Shown here: piece by piece, positions 39,601-55,100 of the stretch
Position numbering within the stretch: position 1 is the first letter of the stretch
How the letters are laid out: every line of letters begins with the position of its first letter
NCBI GenBank assembly: GCA_964057225.1
Contig: OZ059894.1
Location: 1,302,001-1,366,000 of the forward strand
Length of the DNA: 64,000 bases
Reading direction: 5' to 3'
From: Auanema rhodensis
Lineage: Eukaryota > Animalia > Nematoda
The notes under the pieces: model-generated
What the model was told of the DNA's origin: nothing
Database searches by the model: none
What the model saw: only the letters and a program-made list of their open reading frames with translations
Position numbers and translations under genes: made by a program

Positions 39601-42600
39601 CGAGGATATAAGTGTGAACTTATATCAGTTGATATCTCGGTGCATTTTTAAGCTAGCGCAAATCTGATAACACAGATCGACGCAGCTTGAAAATCCGCAT
39701 CGAATGCACTATACTACTTTGAGAAACGCTTAATACAAAAATTAGTTATGATCGTTTGAAAAATGATGCATTAGTGTATGTTGAGTTTCCATGTACACTC
39801 AACATAGCTTCCAAAAACATTTTGACAAAATTTTTTTCGAAAAATTTCAAAATAATTTAGCAGAAAGTAGATGTTTTTAGATTCCTTTTTTTAAGGCAAA
39901 GACGACGGACAATGTTATTCAACGAAAAAATTAATTCTTCAGGGTGAAAATCGAGGATATAAGTGTGAACTTATATCAGTTGATATCTCGGTGCATTTTT
40001 AAGCTAGCGCAAATCTGATAACACAGATCGACGCAGCTTGAAAATCCGCATCGAATGCACTATACTACTTTGAGAAACGCTTAATACAAAAATTAGTTAT
40101 GATCGTTTGAAAAATGATGCATTAGTGTATGTTGAGTTTCCATGTACACTCAACATAGCTTCCAAAAACATTTTGACAAAAATGTTTTCGAAAAATTTCA
40201 AAATAATTTAGCAGAAAGTAGATGTTTTTAGATTCCTTTTTTTAAGGCAAAGACGATAGACAATGTTATTCAACGAAAAAATTAATTCTTCAGGGTGAAA
40301 ATCGAGGATATAAGTGTGAACTTATATCACTTGATATCTCGGTGCATTTTTAAGCTAGCGCAAATCTGATAACACAGATCGACGCAGCTTGAAAATCCGC
40401 ATCGAATGCATTATACTACTTTGAGAAACGCTTAATACAAAAATTAGTTATGATCGTTTGAAAAATGATGCATTAGTGTATGTTGAGTTTCCATGTACAC
40501 TCAACATAGCTTCCAAAAACATTTTGACAAAAATTTTTTCGAAAAATTTCAAAATAATTTAGCAGAAAGTAGATGTTTTTAGATTCCTTTTTTTAAGGCA
40601 AAGACGATAGACAATGTTATTCAACGAAAAAATTAATTCTTCAGGGTGAAAATCGAGGATATAAGTGTGAACTTATATCAGTTGATATCTCGGTGCATTT
40701 TTAAGCTAGCGCAAATCTGATAACACAGATCGACGCAGCTTGAAAATCCGCATCGAATGCATTATACTACTTTGAGAAACGCTTAATACAAAAATTAGTT
40801 ATGATCGTTTGAAAAATGATGCATTAGTGTATGTTGAGTTTCCATGTACACTCAACATAGCTTCCAAAAACATTTTGACAAAAATTTTTTCGAAAAATTT
40901 CAAAATAATTTAGCAGAAAGTAGATGTTTTTAGATTCCTTTTTTTAAGGCAAAGACGATAGACAATGTTATTCAACGAAAAAATTAATTCTTCAGGCTGA
41001 AAATCGAGGATATAAGTGTGAACTTATATCAGTTGATATCTCGGTGCATTTTTAAGCTAGCGCAAATCTGATAACACAGATCGACGCAGCTTGAAAATCC
41101 GCATCGAATGCATTATACTACTTTGAGAAACGCTTAATACAAAAATTAGTTATGATCGTTTGAAAAATGATGCATTAGTGTATGTTGAGTTTGCATGTAC
41201 ACTCAACATAGCTTCCAAAAACATTTTGACAAAAATTTTTTCGAAAAATTTCAGAATAATTTAGCAAAAAGTAGATGTTTTTAGATTTCTTTTCTCAAGG
41301 CAAAGACGATGGACAATGTTATTCAACGAAAAAATTAATTCTTCAGGGTGAAAATCGAGGATATAAGTGTGAACTTATATCAGTTGATATCTCGGTGCAT
41401 TTTCAAGCTAGCGCAAATCTGATAACACAGATCGACGCAGCTTGAAAATCCGCATCGAATGCACTATACTACTTTGAGAAACGCTTAATACAAAAATTAG
41501 TTATGATCGTTTGAAAAATGATGCATTAGTGTATGTTGAGTTTCCATGTACACTCAACATTGCTTCCAAAAACATTTTGGCAAAAATTTTTTCGAAAAAT
41601 TTCAAAATAATTTAGCAGAAAGTAGATGTTTTTAGATTCCTTTTTTCAAGGCAAAGACGATGGACAATGTTATTCAACGAAAAAATTAATTCTTCAGGGT
41701 GAAAATCGAGGATATAAGTGTTAACTTATATCAGTTGATATCTCGGTGCATTTTTAAGCTAGCGCAAATCTGATAACACAGATCGACGCAGCTTGAAAAT
41801 CCGCATCGAATGCACTATACTACATTGAGGAACGCTTAATACAAAAATTAGTTATGATCGTTTGAAAAATGATGCATTAGTGTATGTTGAGTTTCCATGT
41901 ACACTCAACATAGCTTCCAAAAACATTTTGACAAAAATTTTTTCAAAAAATTTCAGAATAATTTAGCAAAAAGTAGATGTTTTTAGATTCCTTTTTTCAA
42001 GGCAAAGACGATGGACAATGTTATTCAACGAAAAAATTAATTCTTCAGGGTGAAAATCGAGGATATAAGTGTGAACTTATATCAGTTGATATCTCGGTGC
42101 ATTTTTAAGCTAGCGCAAATCTGATAACACAGATCGACGCAGCTTGAAAATCCGCATCGAATGCACTATACTACATTGAGGAACGCTTAATACAAAAATT
42201 AGTTATGATCGTTTGAAAAATGATGCATTAGTGTATGTTGAGTTTCCATGTACACTCAACATAGCTTCCAAAAACATTTTGACAAAAATTTTTTCGAAAA
42301 ATTTCAGAATAATTTAGCAAAAAGTAGATGTTTTTAGATTTCTTTTTTTAAGGCAAAGACGATGGACAATGTTATTCAACGAAAAAATTAATTCTTCAGG
42401 GTGAAAATCGAGGATATAAGTGTGAACTTATATCAGTTGATATCTCGGTGCATTTTCAAGCTAGCGCAAATCTGATAACACAGATCGACGCAGCTTGAAA
42501 ATCCGCATCGAATGCACTATACTACTTTGAGAAACGCTTAATACAAAAATTAGTTATGATCGTTTGAAAAATGATGCATTAGTGTATGTTGAGTTTCCAT

Positions 42601-43177
42601 GTACACTCAACATTGCTTCCAAAAACATTTTGGCAAAAATTTTTTCGAAAAATTTCAAAATAATTTAGCAGAAAGTAGATGTTTTTAGATTCCTTTTTTC
42701 AAGGCAAAGACGATGGACAATGTTATTCAACGAAAAAATTAATTCTTCAGGGTGAAAATCGAGGATATAAGTGTTAACTTATATCAGTTGATATCTCGGT
42801 GCATTTTTAAGCTAGCGCAAATCTGATAACACAGATCGACGCAGCTTGAAAATCCGCATCGAATGCACTATACTACATTGAGGAACGCTTAATACAAAAA
42901 TTAGTTATGATCGTTTGAAAAATGATGCATTAGTGTATGTTGAGTTTCCATGTACACTCAACATAGCTTCCAAAAACATTTTGACAAAAATTTTTTCAAA
43001 AAATTTCAGAATAATTTAGCAAAAAGTAGATGTTTTTAGATTCCTTTTTTCAAGGCAAAGACGATGGACAATGTTATTCAACGAAAAAATTAATTCTTCA
43101 GGGTGAAAATCGAGGATATAAGTGTGAACTTATATCAGTTGATATCTCGGTGCATTTTTAAGCTAGCGCAAATCTGA
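33699..43177 (+). repeat. Segmental duplication copy B (27 monomers, 9,479 bp)
   Basis: Monomer-by-monomer match to 21763-31241. Only 4 differences were spotted by eye. Confidence 0.92.
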
Positions 43178-46100
43178 TAACACAGATCGACGCAGCTTGA
43201 AAATCCGCATCGAATGCACTATACTACATTGAGGAACGCTTAATACAAAAATTAGTTATGATCGTTTGAAAAATGATGCATTAGTGTATGTTGAGTTTCC
43301 ATGTACACTCAACATAGCTTCCAAAAACATTTTGACAAAAATTTTTTCGAAAAATTTCAGAATAATTTAGCAAAAAGTAGATGTTTTTAGATTTCTTTTT
43401 TTAAGGCAAAGACGATGGACAATGTTATTCAACGAAAAAATTAATTCTTCAGGGTGAAAATCGAGGATATAAGTGTGAACTTATATCAGTTGATATCTCG
43501 GTGCATTTTTAAGCTAGCGCAAATCTGATAACACAGATCGACGCAGCTTGAAAATCCGCATCGAATGCATTATACTACTTTGAGAAACGCTTAATACAAA
43601 AATTAGTTATGATCGTTTGAAAAATGATGCATTAGTGTATGTTGAGTTTCCATGTACACTCAACATAGCTTCCAAAAACATTTTGACAAAAATTTTTTCG
43701 AAAAATTTCAAAATAATTTAGCAGAAAGTAGATGTTTTTAGATTCCTTTTTTTAAGGCAAAGACGATAGACAATGTTATTCAACGAAAAAATTAATTCTT
43801 CAGGGTGAAAATCGAGGATATAAGTGTGAACTTATATCAGTTGATATCTCGGTGCATTTTTAAGCTAGCGCAAATCTGATAACACAGATCGACGCAGCTT
43901 GAAAATCCGCATCGAATGCATTATACTACTTTGAGAAACGCTTAATACAAAAATTAGTTATGATCGTTTGAAAAATGATGCATTAGTGTATGTTGAGTTT
44001 CCATGTACACTCAACATAGCTTCCAAAAACATTTTGACAAAAATTTTTTCGAAAAATTTCAGAATAATTTAGCAAAAAGTAGATGTTTTTAGATTTCTTT
44101 TCTCAAGGCAAAGACGATGGACAATGTTATTCAACGAAAAAATTAATTCTTCAGGGTGAAAATCGAGGATATAAGTGTGAACTTATATCAGTTGATATCT
44201 CGGTGCATTTTCAAGCTAGCGCAAATCTGATAACACAGATCGACGCAGCTTGAAAATCCGCATCGAATGCACTATACTACATTGAGGAACGCTTAATACA
44301 AAAATTAGTTATGATCGTTTGAAAAATGATGCATTAGTGTATGTTGAGTTTCCATGTACACTCAACATTGCTTCCAAAAACATTTTGGCAAAAATTTTTT
44401 CGAAAAATTTCAAAATAATTTAGCAGAAAGTAGATGTTTTTAGATTCCTTTTTTCAAGGCAAAGACGATGGACAATGTTATTCAACGAAAAAATTAATTC
44501 TTCAGGGTGAAAATCGAGGATATAAGTGTTAACTTATATCAGTTGATATCTCGGTGCATTTTTAAGCTAGCGCAAATCTGATAACACAGATCGACGCAGC
44601 TTGAAAATCCGCATCGAATGCACTATACTACATTGAGGAACGCTTAATACAAAAATTAGTTATGATCGTTTGAAAAATGATGCATTAGTGTATGTTGAGT
44701 TTCCATGTACACTCAACATAGCTTCCAAAAACATTTTGACAAAAATTTTTTCGAAAAATTTCAGAATAATTTAGCAAAAAGTAGATGTTTTTAGATTCCT
44801 TTTTTCAAGGCAAAGACGATGGACAATGTTATTCAACGAAAAAATTAATTCTTCAGGGTGAAAATCGAGGATATAAGTGTGAACTTATATCAGTTGATAT
44901 CTCGGTGCATTTTTAAGCTAGCGCAAATCTGATAACACAGATCGACGCAGCTTGAAAATCCGCATCGAATGCACTATACTACATTGAGGAACGCTTAATA
45001 CAAAAATTAGTTATGATCGTTTGAAAAATGATGCATTAGTGTATGTTGAGTTTCCATGTACACTCAACATTGCTTCCAAAAACATTTTGACAAAAATTTT
45101 TTCGAAAATTTTCAAAATAATTTAGCAGAAAGTAGATGTTTTTAGATTCCTTTTTTCAAGGCAAAGACGATGGACAATGTTATTCAACGAAAAAATTAAT
45201 TCTTCAGGGTGAAAATCGAGGATATAAGTGTTAACTTATATCAGTTGATATCTCGGTGCATTTTTAAGCTAGCGCAAATCTGATAACACAGATCGACGCA
45301 GCTTGAAAATCCGCATCGAATGCACTATACTACATTGAGGAACGCTTAATACAAAAATTAGTTATGATCGTTTGAAAAATGATGCATTAGTGTATGTTGA
45401 GTTTCCATGTACACTCAACATAGCTTCCAAAAACATTTTGACAAAAATTTTTTCGAAAAATTTCAGAATAATTTAGCAAAAAGTAGATGTTTTTAGATTC
45501 CTTTTTTCAAGGCAAAGACGATGGACAATGTTATTCAACGAAAAAATTAATTCTTCAGGGTGAAAATCGAGGATATAAGTGTGAACTTATATCTGTTGAT
45601 ATCTCGGTGCATTTTTAAGCTAGCGCAAATCTGATAACACAGATCGACGCAGCTTGAAAATCCGCATCGAATGCACTATACTACATTGAGGAACGCTTAA
45701 TACAAAAATTAGTTATGATCGTTTGAAAAATGATGCATTAGTGTATGTTGAGTTTCCATGTACACTCAACATTGCTTCCAAAAACATTTTGACAAAAATT
45801 TTTTCGAAAAATTTCAGAATAATTTAGCAAAAAGTAGATGTTTTTAGATTCCTTTTTTCAAGGCAAAGACGATGGACAATGTTATTCAACGAAAAAATTA
45901 ATTCTTCAGGGTGAAAATCGAGGATATAAGTGTGAACTTATATCAGTTGATATCTCGGTGCATTTTTAAGCTAGCGCAAATCTGATAACACAGATCGACG
46001 CAGCTTGAAAATCCGCATCGAATGCACTATACTACATTGAGGAACGCTTAATACAAAAATTAGTTATGATCGTTTGAAAAATGATGCATTAGTGTATGTT

Positions 46101-49100
46101 GAGTTTCCATGTACACTCAACATTGCTTCCAAAAACATTTTGACAAAAATTTTTTCGAAAAATTTCAAAATATTTTAGCAAAAAGTAGATGTTTTTAGAT
46201 TCCTTTTTTCAAGGCAAAGACGATGGACAATGTCATTCAACGAAAAAATTAATTCTTCAGGGTGAAAATCGAGGATATAAGTGTGAACTTATATCAGTTG
46301 ATATCTCGGTGCATTTTTAAGCTAGCGCAAATCTGATAACACAGATCGACGCAGCTTGAAAATCCGCATCTAATGCACTATACTACTTTGAGAAACGCTT
46401 AATACAAAAATTAGTTATGATCGTTTGAAAAATGATGCATTAGTGTATGTTGAGTTTCCATGTACACTCAACATTGCTTCCAAAAACATTTTGACAAAAA
46501 TTTTTTCGAAAAATTTCAGAATAATTTAGCAAAAAGTAGATGTTTTTAGATTCCTTTTTTCAAGGCAAAGACGATGGACAATGTTATTCAACGAAAAAAT
46601 TAATTCTTCAGGGTGAAAATCGAGGATATAAGTGTGAACTTATATCAGTTGATATCTCGGTGCATTTTTAAGCTAGCGCAAATCTGATAACACAGATCGA
46701 CGCAGCTTGAAAATCCGCATCGAATGCACTATACTACTTTGAGAAACGCTTAATACAAAAATTAGTTATGATCGTTTGAAAAATGATGCATTAGTGTATG
46801 TTGAGTTTCCATGTACACTCAACATAGCTTCCAAAAACATTTTGACAAAAATTTTTTCGAAAAATTTCAAATTAATTTAGCAGAAAGTATATGTTTTTAG
46901 ATTCCTTTTTTCAAGGCAAAGACGATGGACAATGTTATTCAACGAAAAAATTAATTCTTCAGGGTGAAAATCGAGGATATAAGTGTGAACTTATATCAGT
47001 TGATATCTCGGTGCATTTTTAAGCTAGCGCAAATCTGATAACACAGATCGACGCAGCTTGAAAATCCGCATCGAATGCACTATACTACATTGAGGAACGC
47101 TTAATACAAAAATTAGTTATGATCGTTTGAAAAATGATGCATTAGTGTATGTTGAGTTTCCATGTACACTCAACATAGCTTCCAAAAACATTTTGACAAA
47201 AATTTTTTCGAGAAATTTCAAAATAATTTAGCAAAAAGTAGATGTTTTTAGATTCCTTTTTTCAAGGCAAAGACGATGGACAATGTTATTCAACGAAAAA
47301 ATTAATTCTTCAGGGTGAAAATCGAGGATATAAGTGTGAACTTATATCAGTTGATATCTCGGTGCATTTTTAAGCTAGCGCAAATCTGATAACACAGATC
47401 GACGCAGCTTGAAAATCCGCATCGAATGCACTATACTACATTGAGGAACGCTTAATACAAAAATTAGTTATGATCGTTTGAAAAATGATGCATTAGTGTA
47501 TGTTGAGTTTCCATGTACACTCAACATTGCTTCCAAAAACATTTTGACAAAAATTTTTTCGAAAAATTTCAAAATATTTTAGCAAAAAGTAGATGTTTTT
47601 AGATTCCTTTTTTCAAGGCAAAGACGATGGACAATGTTATTCAACGAAAAAATTAATTCTTCAGGGTGAAAATCGAGGATATAAGTGTGAACTTATATCA
47701 GTTGATATCTCGGTGCATTTTTAAGCTAGCGCAAATCTGATAACACAGATCGACGCAGCTTGAAAATCCGCATCTAATGCACTATACTACTTTGAGAAAC
47801 GCTTAATACAAAAATTAGTTATGATCGTTTGAAAAATGATGCATTAGTGTATGTTGAGTTTCCATGTACACTCAACATTGCTTCCAAAAACATTTTGACA
47901 AAAATTTTTTCGAAAAATTTCAGAATAATTTAGCAAAAAGTAGATGTTTTTAGATTCCTTTTTTCAAGGCAAAGACGATGGACAATGTTATTCAACGAAA
48001 AAATTAATTCTTCAGGGTGAAAATCGAGGATATAAGTGTGAACTTATATCAGTTGATATCTCGGTGCATTTTTAAGCTAGCGCAAATCTGATAACACAGA
48101 TCGACGCAGCTTGAAAATCCGCATCGAATGCACTATACTACTTTGAGAAACGCTTAATACAAAAATTAGTTATGATCGTTTGAAAAATGATGCATTAGTG
48201 TATGTTGAGTTTCCATGTACACTCAACATAGCTTCCAAAAACATTTTGACAAAAATTTTTTCGAAAAATTTCAAATTAATTTAGCAGAAAGTATATGTTT
48301 TTAGATTCCTTTTTTCAAGGCAAAGACGATGGACAATGTTATTCAACGAAAAAATTAATTCTTCAGGGTGAAAATCGAGGATATAAGTGTGAACTTATAT
48401 CAGTTGATATCTCGGTGCATTTTTAAGCTAGCGCAAATCTGATAACACAGATCGACGCAGCTTGAAAATCCGCATCGAATGCACTATACTACATTGAGGA
48501 ACGCTTAATACAAAAATTAGTTATGATCGTTTGAAAAATGATGCATTAGTGTATGTTGAGTTTCCATGTACACTCAACATAGCTTCCAAAAACATTTTGA
48601 CAAAAATTTTTTCGAAAAATTTCAGAATAATTTAGCAAAAAGTAGATGTTTTTAGATTCCTTTTTTCAAGGCAAAGACGATGGACAATGTTATTCAACGA
48701 AAAAATTAATTCTTCAGGGTGAAAATCGAGGATATAAGTGTGAACTTATATCAGTTGATATCTCGGTGCATTTTTAAGCTAGCGCAAATCTGATAACACA
48801 GATCGACGCAGCTTACAAATCCGCATCGAATGCACTATACTTCATTGAGGAACGCTTAATACAAAAATTAGTTATGATCGTTTGAAAAATGATGCATTAG
48901 TGTATGTTGAGTTTCCATGTACACTCAACATAGCTTCCAAAAACATTTTGACAAAAATTTTTTCGAGAAATTTCAAAATAATTTAGCAAAAAGTAGATGT
49001 TTTTAGATTCCTTTTTTCAAGGCAAAGACGATGGACAATGTTATTCAACGAAAAAATTAATTCTTCAGGGTGAAAATCGAGGATATAAGTGTGAACTTAT

Positions 49101-52100
49101 ATCAGTTGATATCTCGGTGCATTTTTAAGCTAGCGCAAATCTGATAACACAGATCGACGCAGCTTAAAAATCCGCATCGAATGCAGTATACTACATTGAG
49201 GAACGCTTAATACAAAAATTAGTTATGATTGTTTGAAAAATGATGCATTAGTGTATGTTGAGTTTCCATGTACACTCAACATTGCTTCCAAAAACATTTT
49301 GACAAAAATTTTTTCGAAAAATTTCAAAATAATTTAGCAGAAAGTAGATGTTTTTAGATTCCTTTTTTCAAGGCAAAGACGATGGACAATGTTATTCAAC
49401 GAAAAAATTAATTCTTCAGGGTGAAAATCGAGGATATAAGTGTGAACTTATATCAGTTGATATCTCGGTGCATTTTTAAGCTAGCGCTAATCTGATAACA
49501 CAGATCGACGCAGCTTGAAAATCCGCATCGAATGCACTATACTACATTGAGGAACGCTTAATACAAAAATTAGTTATGATCGTTTGAAAAATGATGCATT
49601 AGTGTATGTTGAGTTTCCATGTACACTCAACATTGCTTCCAAAAACATTTTGACAAAAATTTTTTCGAAAAATTTCAGAATAATTTAGCAAAAAGTAGAT
49701 GTTTTTAGATTCCTTTTTTCAAGGCAAAGACGATGGACAATGTTATTCAACGAAAAAATTAATTCTTCAGGGTGAAAATCGAGGATATAAGTGTGAACTT
49801 ATATCAGTTGATATCTCGGTGCATTTTTAAGCTAGCGCAAATCTGATAACACAGATCGACGCAGCTTGAAAATCCGCATCGAATGCACTATACTACTTTG
49901 AGAAACGCTTAATACAAAAACTAGTTATGATCGTTTGAAAAATGATGCATTAGTGTATGTTGAGTTTCCATGTACACTCAACATTGCTTCCAAAAACATT
50001 TTGACAAAAATTTTTTCGAAAAATTTCAAATTAATTTAGCAGAAAGTATATGTTTTTAGATTCCTTTTTTCAAGGCAAAGATGATGGACAATGTTATTCA
50101 ACGAAAAAATTAATTCTTCAGGGTGAAAATCGAGGATATAAGTGTGAACTTATATCAGTTGATATCTCGGTGCATTTTTAAGCTAGCGCAAATCTGATAA
50201 CACAGATCGACGCAGCTTGAAAATCCGCATCGAATGCACTATACTACATTGAGGAACGCTTAATACAAAAATTAGTTATGATCGTTTGAAAAATGATGCA
50301 TTAGTGTATGTTGAGTTTCCATGTACACTCAACATAGCTTCCAAAAACATTTTGACAAAAATTTTTTCGAAAAATTTCAGAATAATTTAGCAAAAAGTAG
50401 ATGTTTTTAGATTTCTTTTCTCAAGGCAAAGACGATGGACAATGTTATTCAACGAAAAAATTAATTCTTCAGGGTGAAAATCGAGGATATAAGTGTGAAC
50501 TTATATCAGTTGATATCTCGGTGCATTTTCAAGCTAGCGCAAATCTGATAACACAGATCGACGCAGCTTGAAAATCCGCATCGAATGCACTATACTACTT
50601 TGAGAAACGCTTAATACAAAAATTAGTTATGATCGTTTGAAAAATGATGCATTAGTGTATGTTGAGTTTCCATGTACACTCAACATAGCTTCCAAAAACA
50701 TTTTGACAAAAATTTTTTCGAAAAATTTCAGAATAATTTAGCAAAAAGTAGATGTTTTTAGATTCGTTTTTTCAAGGCAAAGACGATGGACAATGTTATT
50801 CAACGAAAAAATTAATTCTTCAGGGTGAAAATCGAGGATATAAGTGTGAACTTATATCAGTTGATATCTCGGTGCATTTTTAAGCTAGCGCAAATCTGAT
50901 AACACAGATCGACGCAGCTTGAAAATCCGCATCGAATGCACTATACTACATTGAGGAACGCTTAATACAAAAATTAGTTATGATCGTTTGAAAAATGATG
51001 CATTAGTGTATGTTGAGTTTCCATGTACACTCAACATAGCTTCCAAAAACATTTTGACAAAAATTTTTTCGAAAAATTTCAGAATAATTTAGCAAAAAGT
51101 AGATGTTTTTAGATTTCTTTTTTTAAGGCAAAGACGATGGACAATGTTATTCAACGAAAAAATTAATTCTTCAGGGTGAAAATCGAGGATATAAGTGTGA
51201 ACTTATATCAGTTGATATCTCGGTGCATTTTCAAGCTAGCGCAAATCTGATAACACAGATCGACGCAGCTTGAAAATCCGCATCGAATGCACTATACTAC
51301 TTTGAGAAACGCTTAATACAAAAATTAGTTATGATCGTTTGAAAAATGATGCATTAGTGTATGTTGAGTTTCCATGTACACTCAACATTGCTTCCAAAAA
51401 CATTTTGGCAAAAATTTTTTCGAAAAATTTCAAAATAATTTAGCAGAAAGTAGATGTTTTTAGATTCCTTTTTTCAAGGCAAAGACGATGGACAATGTTA
51501 TTCAACGAAAAAATTAATTCTTCAGGGTGAAAATCGAGGATATAAGTGTTAACTTATATCAGTTGATATCTCGGTGCATTTTTAAGCTAGCGCAAATCTG
51601 ATAACACAGATCGACGCAGCTTGAAAATCCGCATCGAATGCACTATACTACATTGAGGAACGCTTAATACAAAAATTAGTTATGATCGTTTGAAAAATGA
51701 TGCATTAGTGTATGTTGAGTTTCCATGTACACTCAACATAGCTTCCAAAAACATTTTGACAAAAATTTTTTCAAAAAATTTCAGAATAATTTAGCAAAAA
51801 GTAGATGTTTTTAGATTCCTTTTTTCAAGGCAAAGACGATGGACAATGTTATTCAACGAAAAAATTAATTCTTCAGGGTGAAAATCGAGGATATAAGTGT
51901 GAACTTATATCAGTTGATATCTCGGTGCATTTTTAAGCTAGCGCAAATCTGATAACACAGATCGACGCAGCTTGAAAATCCGCATCGAATGCACTATACT
52001 ACTTTGAGAAACGCTTAATACAAAAATTAGTTATGATCGTTTGAAAAATGATGCATTAGTGTATGTTGAGTTTCCATGTACACTCAACATAGCTTCCAAA

Positions 52101-55100
52101 AACATTTTGACAAAAATGTTTTCGAAAAATTTCAAAATAATTTAGCAGAAAGTAGATGTTTTTAGATTCCTTTTTTTAAGGCAAAGACGATAGACAATGT
52201 TATTCAACGAAAAAATTAATTCTTCAGGGTGAAAATCGAGGATATAAGTGTGAACTTATATCACTTGATATCTCGGTGCATTTTTAAGCTAGCGCAAATC
52301 TGATAACACAGATCGACGCAGCTTGAAAATCCGCATCGAATGCACTATACTACTTTGAGAAACGCTTAATACAAAAATTAGTTATGATCGTTTGAAAAAT
52401 GATGCATTAGTGTATGTTGAGTTTCCATGTACACTCAACATAGCTTCCAAAAACATTTTGACAAAAATGTTTTCGAAAAATTTCAAAATAATTTAGCAGA
52501 AAGTAGATGTTTTTAGATTTCTTTTCTCAAGGCAAAGACGATGGACAATGTTATTCAACGAAAAAATTAATTCTTCAGGGTGAAAATCGAGGATATAAGT
52601 GTGAACTTATATCAGTTGATATCTCGGTGCATTTTCAAGCTAGCGCAAATCTGATAACACAGATCGACGCAGCTTGAAAATCCGCATCGAATGCACTATA
52701 CTACTTTGAGAAACGCTTAATACAAAAATTAGTTATGATCGTTTGAAAAATGATGCATTAGTGTATGTTGAGTTTCCATGTACACTCAACATAGCTTCCA
52801 AAAACATTTTGACAAAAATTTTTTCGAAAAATTTCAGAATAATTTAGCAAAAAGTAGATGTTTTTAGATTCGTTTTTTCAAGGCAAAGACGATGGACAAT
52901 GTTATTCAACGAAAAAATTAATTCTTCAGGGTGAAAATCGAGGATATAAGTGTGAACTTATATCAGTTGATATCTCGGTGCATTTTTAAGCTAGCGCAAA
53001 TCTGATAACACAGATCGACGCAGCTTGAAAATCCGCATCGAATGCACTATACTACATTGAGGAACGCTTAATACAAAAATTAGTTATGATCGTTTGAAAA
53101 ATGATGCATTAGTGTATGTTGAGTTTCCATGTACACTCAACATAGCTTCCAAAAACATTTTGACAAAAATTTTTTCGAAAAATTTCAGAATAATTTAGCA
53201 AAAAGTAGATGTTTTTAGATTTCTTTTTTTAAGGCAAAGACGATGGACAATGTTATTCAACGAAAAAATTAATTCTTCAGGGTGAAAATCGAGGATATAA
53301 GTGTGAACTTATATCAGTTGATATCTCGGTGCATTTTCAAGCTAGCGCAAATCTGATAACACAGATCGACGCAGCTTGAAAATCCGCATCGAATGCACTA
53401 TACTACTTTGAGAAACGCTTAATACAAAAATTAGTTATGATCGTTTGAAAAATGATGCATTAGTGTATGTTGAGTTTCCATGTACACTCAACATTGCTTC
53501 CAAAAACATTTTGGCAAAAATTTTTTCGAAAAATTTCAAAATAATTTAGCAGAAAGTAGATGTTTTTAGATTCCTTTTTTCAAGGCAAAGACGATGGACA
53601 ATGTTATTCAACGAAAAAATTAATTCTTCAGGGTGAAAATCGAGGATATAAGTGTTAACTTATATCAGTTGATATCTCGGTGCATTTTTAAGCTAGCGCA
53701 AATCTGATAACACAGATCGACGCAGCTTGAAAATCCGCATCGAATGCACTATACTACATTGAGGAACGCTTAATACAAAAATTAGTTATGATCGTTTGAA
53801 AAATGATGCATTAGTGTATGTTGAGTTTCCATGTACACTCAACATAGCTTCCAAAAACATTTTGACAAAAATTTTTTCAAAAAATTTCAGAATAATTTAG
53901 CAAAAAGTAGATGTTTTTAGATTCCTTTTTTCAAGGCAAAGACGATGGACAATGTTATTCAACGAAAAAATTAATTCTTCAGGGTGAAAATCGAGGATAT
54001 AAGTGTGAACTTATATCAGTTGATATCTCGGTGCATTTTTAAGCTAGCGCAAATCTGATAACACAGATCGACGCAGCTTGAAAATCCGCATCGAATGCAC
54101 TATACTACTTTGAGAAACGCTTAATACAAAAATTAGTTATGATCGTTTGAAAAATGATGCATTAGTGTATGTTGAGTTTCCATGTACACTCAACATAGCT
54201 TCCAAAAACATTTTGACAAAAATGTTTTCGAAAAATTTCAAAATAATTTAGCAGAAAGTAGATGTTTTTAGATTCCTTTTTTTAAGGCAAAGACGATAGA
54301 CAATGTTATTCAACGAAAAAATTAATTCTTCAGGGTGAAAATCGAGGATATAAGTGTGAACTTATATCACTTGATATCTCGGTGCATTTTTAAGCTAGCG
54401 CAAATCTGATAACACAGATCGACGCAGCTTGAAAATCCGCATCGAATGCATTATACTACTTTGAGAAACGCTTAATACAAAAATTAGTTATGATCGTTTG
54501 AAAAATGATGCATTAGTGTATGTTGAGTTTCCATGTACACTCAACATAGCTTCCAAAAACATTTTGACAAAAATTTTTTCGAAAAATTTCAAAATAATTT
54601 AGCAGAAAGTAGATGTTTTTAGATTCCTTTTTTTAAGGCAAAGACGATAGACAATGTTATTCAACGAAAAAATTAATTCTTCAGGGTGAAAATCGAGGAT
54701 ATAAGTGTGAACTTATATCAGTTGATATCTCGGTGCATTTTTAAGCTAGCGCAAATCTGATAACACAGATCGACGCAGCTTGAAAATCCGCATCGAATGC
54801 ATTATACTACTTTGAGAAACGCTTAATACAAAAATTAGTTATGATCGTTTGAAAAATGATGCATTAGTGTATGTTGAGTTTCCATGTACACTCAACATAG
54901 CTTCCAAAAACATTTTGACAAAAATTTTTTCGAAAAATTTCAAAATAATTTAGCAGAAAGTAGATGTTTTTAGATTCCTTTTTTTAAGGCAAAGACGATA
55001 GACAATGTTATTCAACGAAAAAATTAATTCTTCAGGCTGAAAATCGAGGATATAAGTGTGAACTTATATCAGTTGATATCTCGGTGCATTTTTAAGCTAG

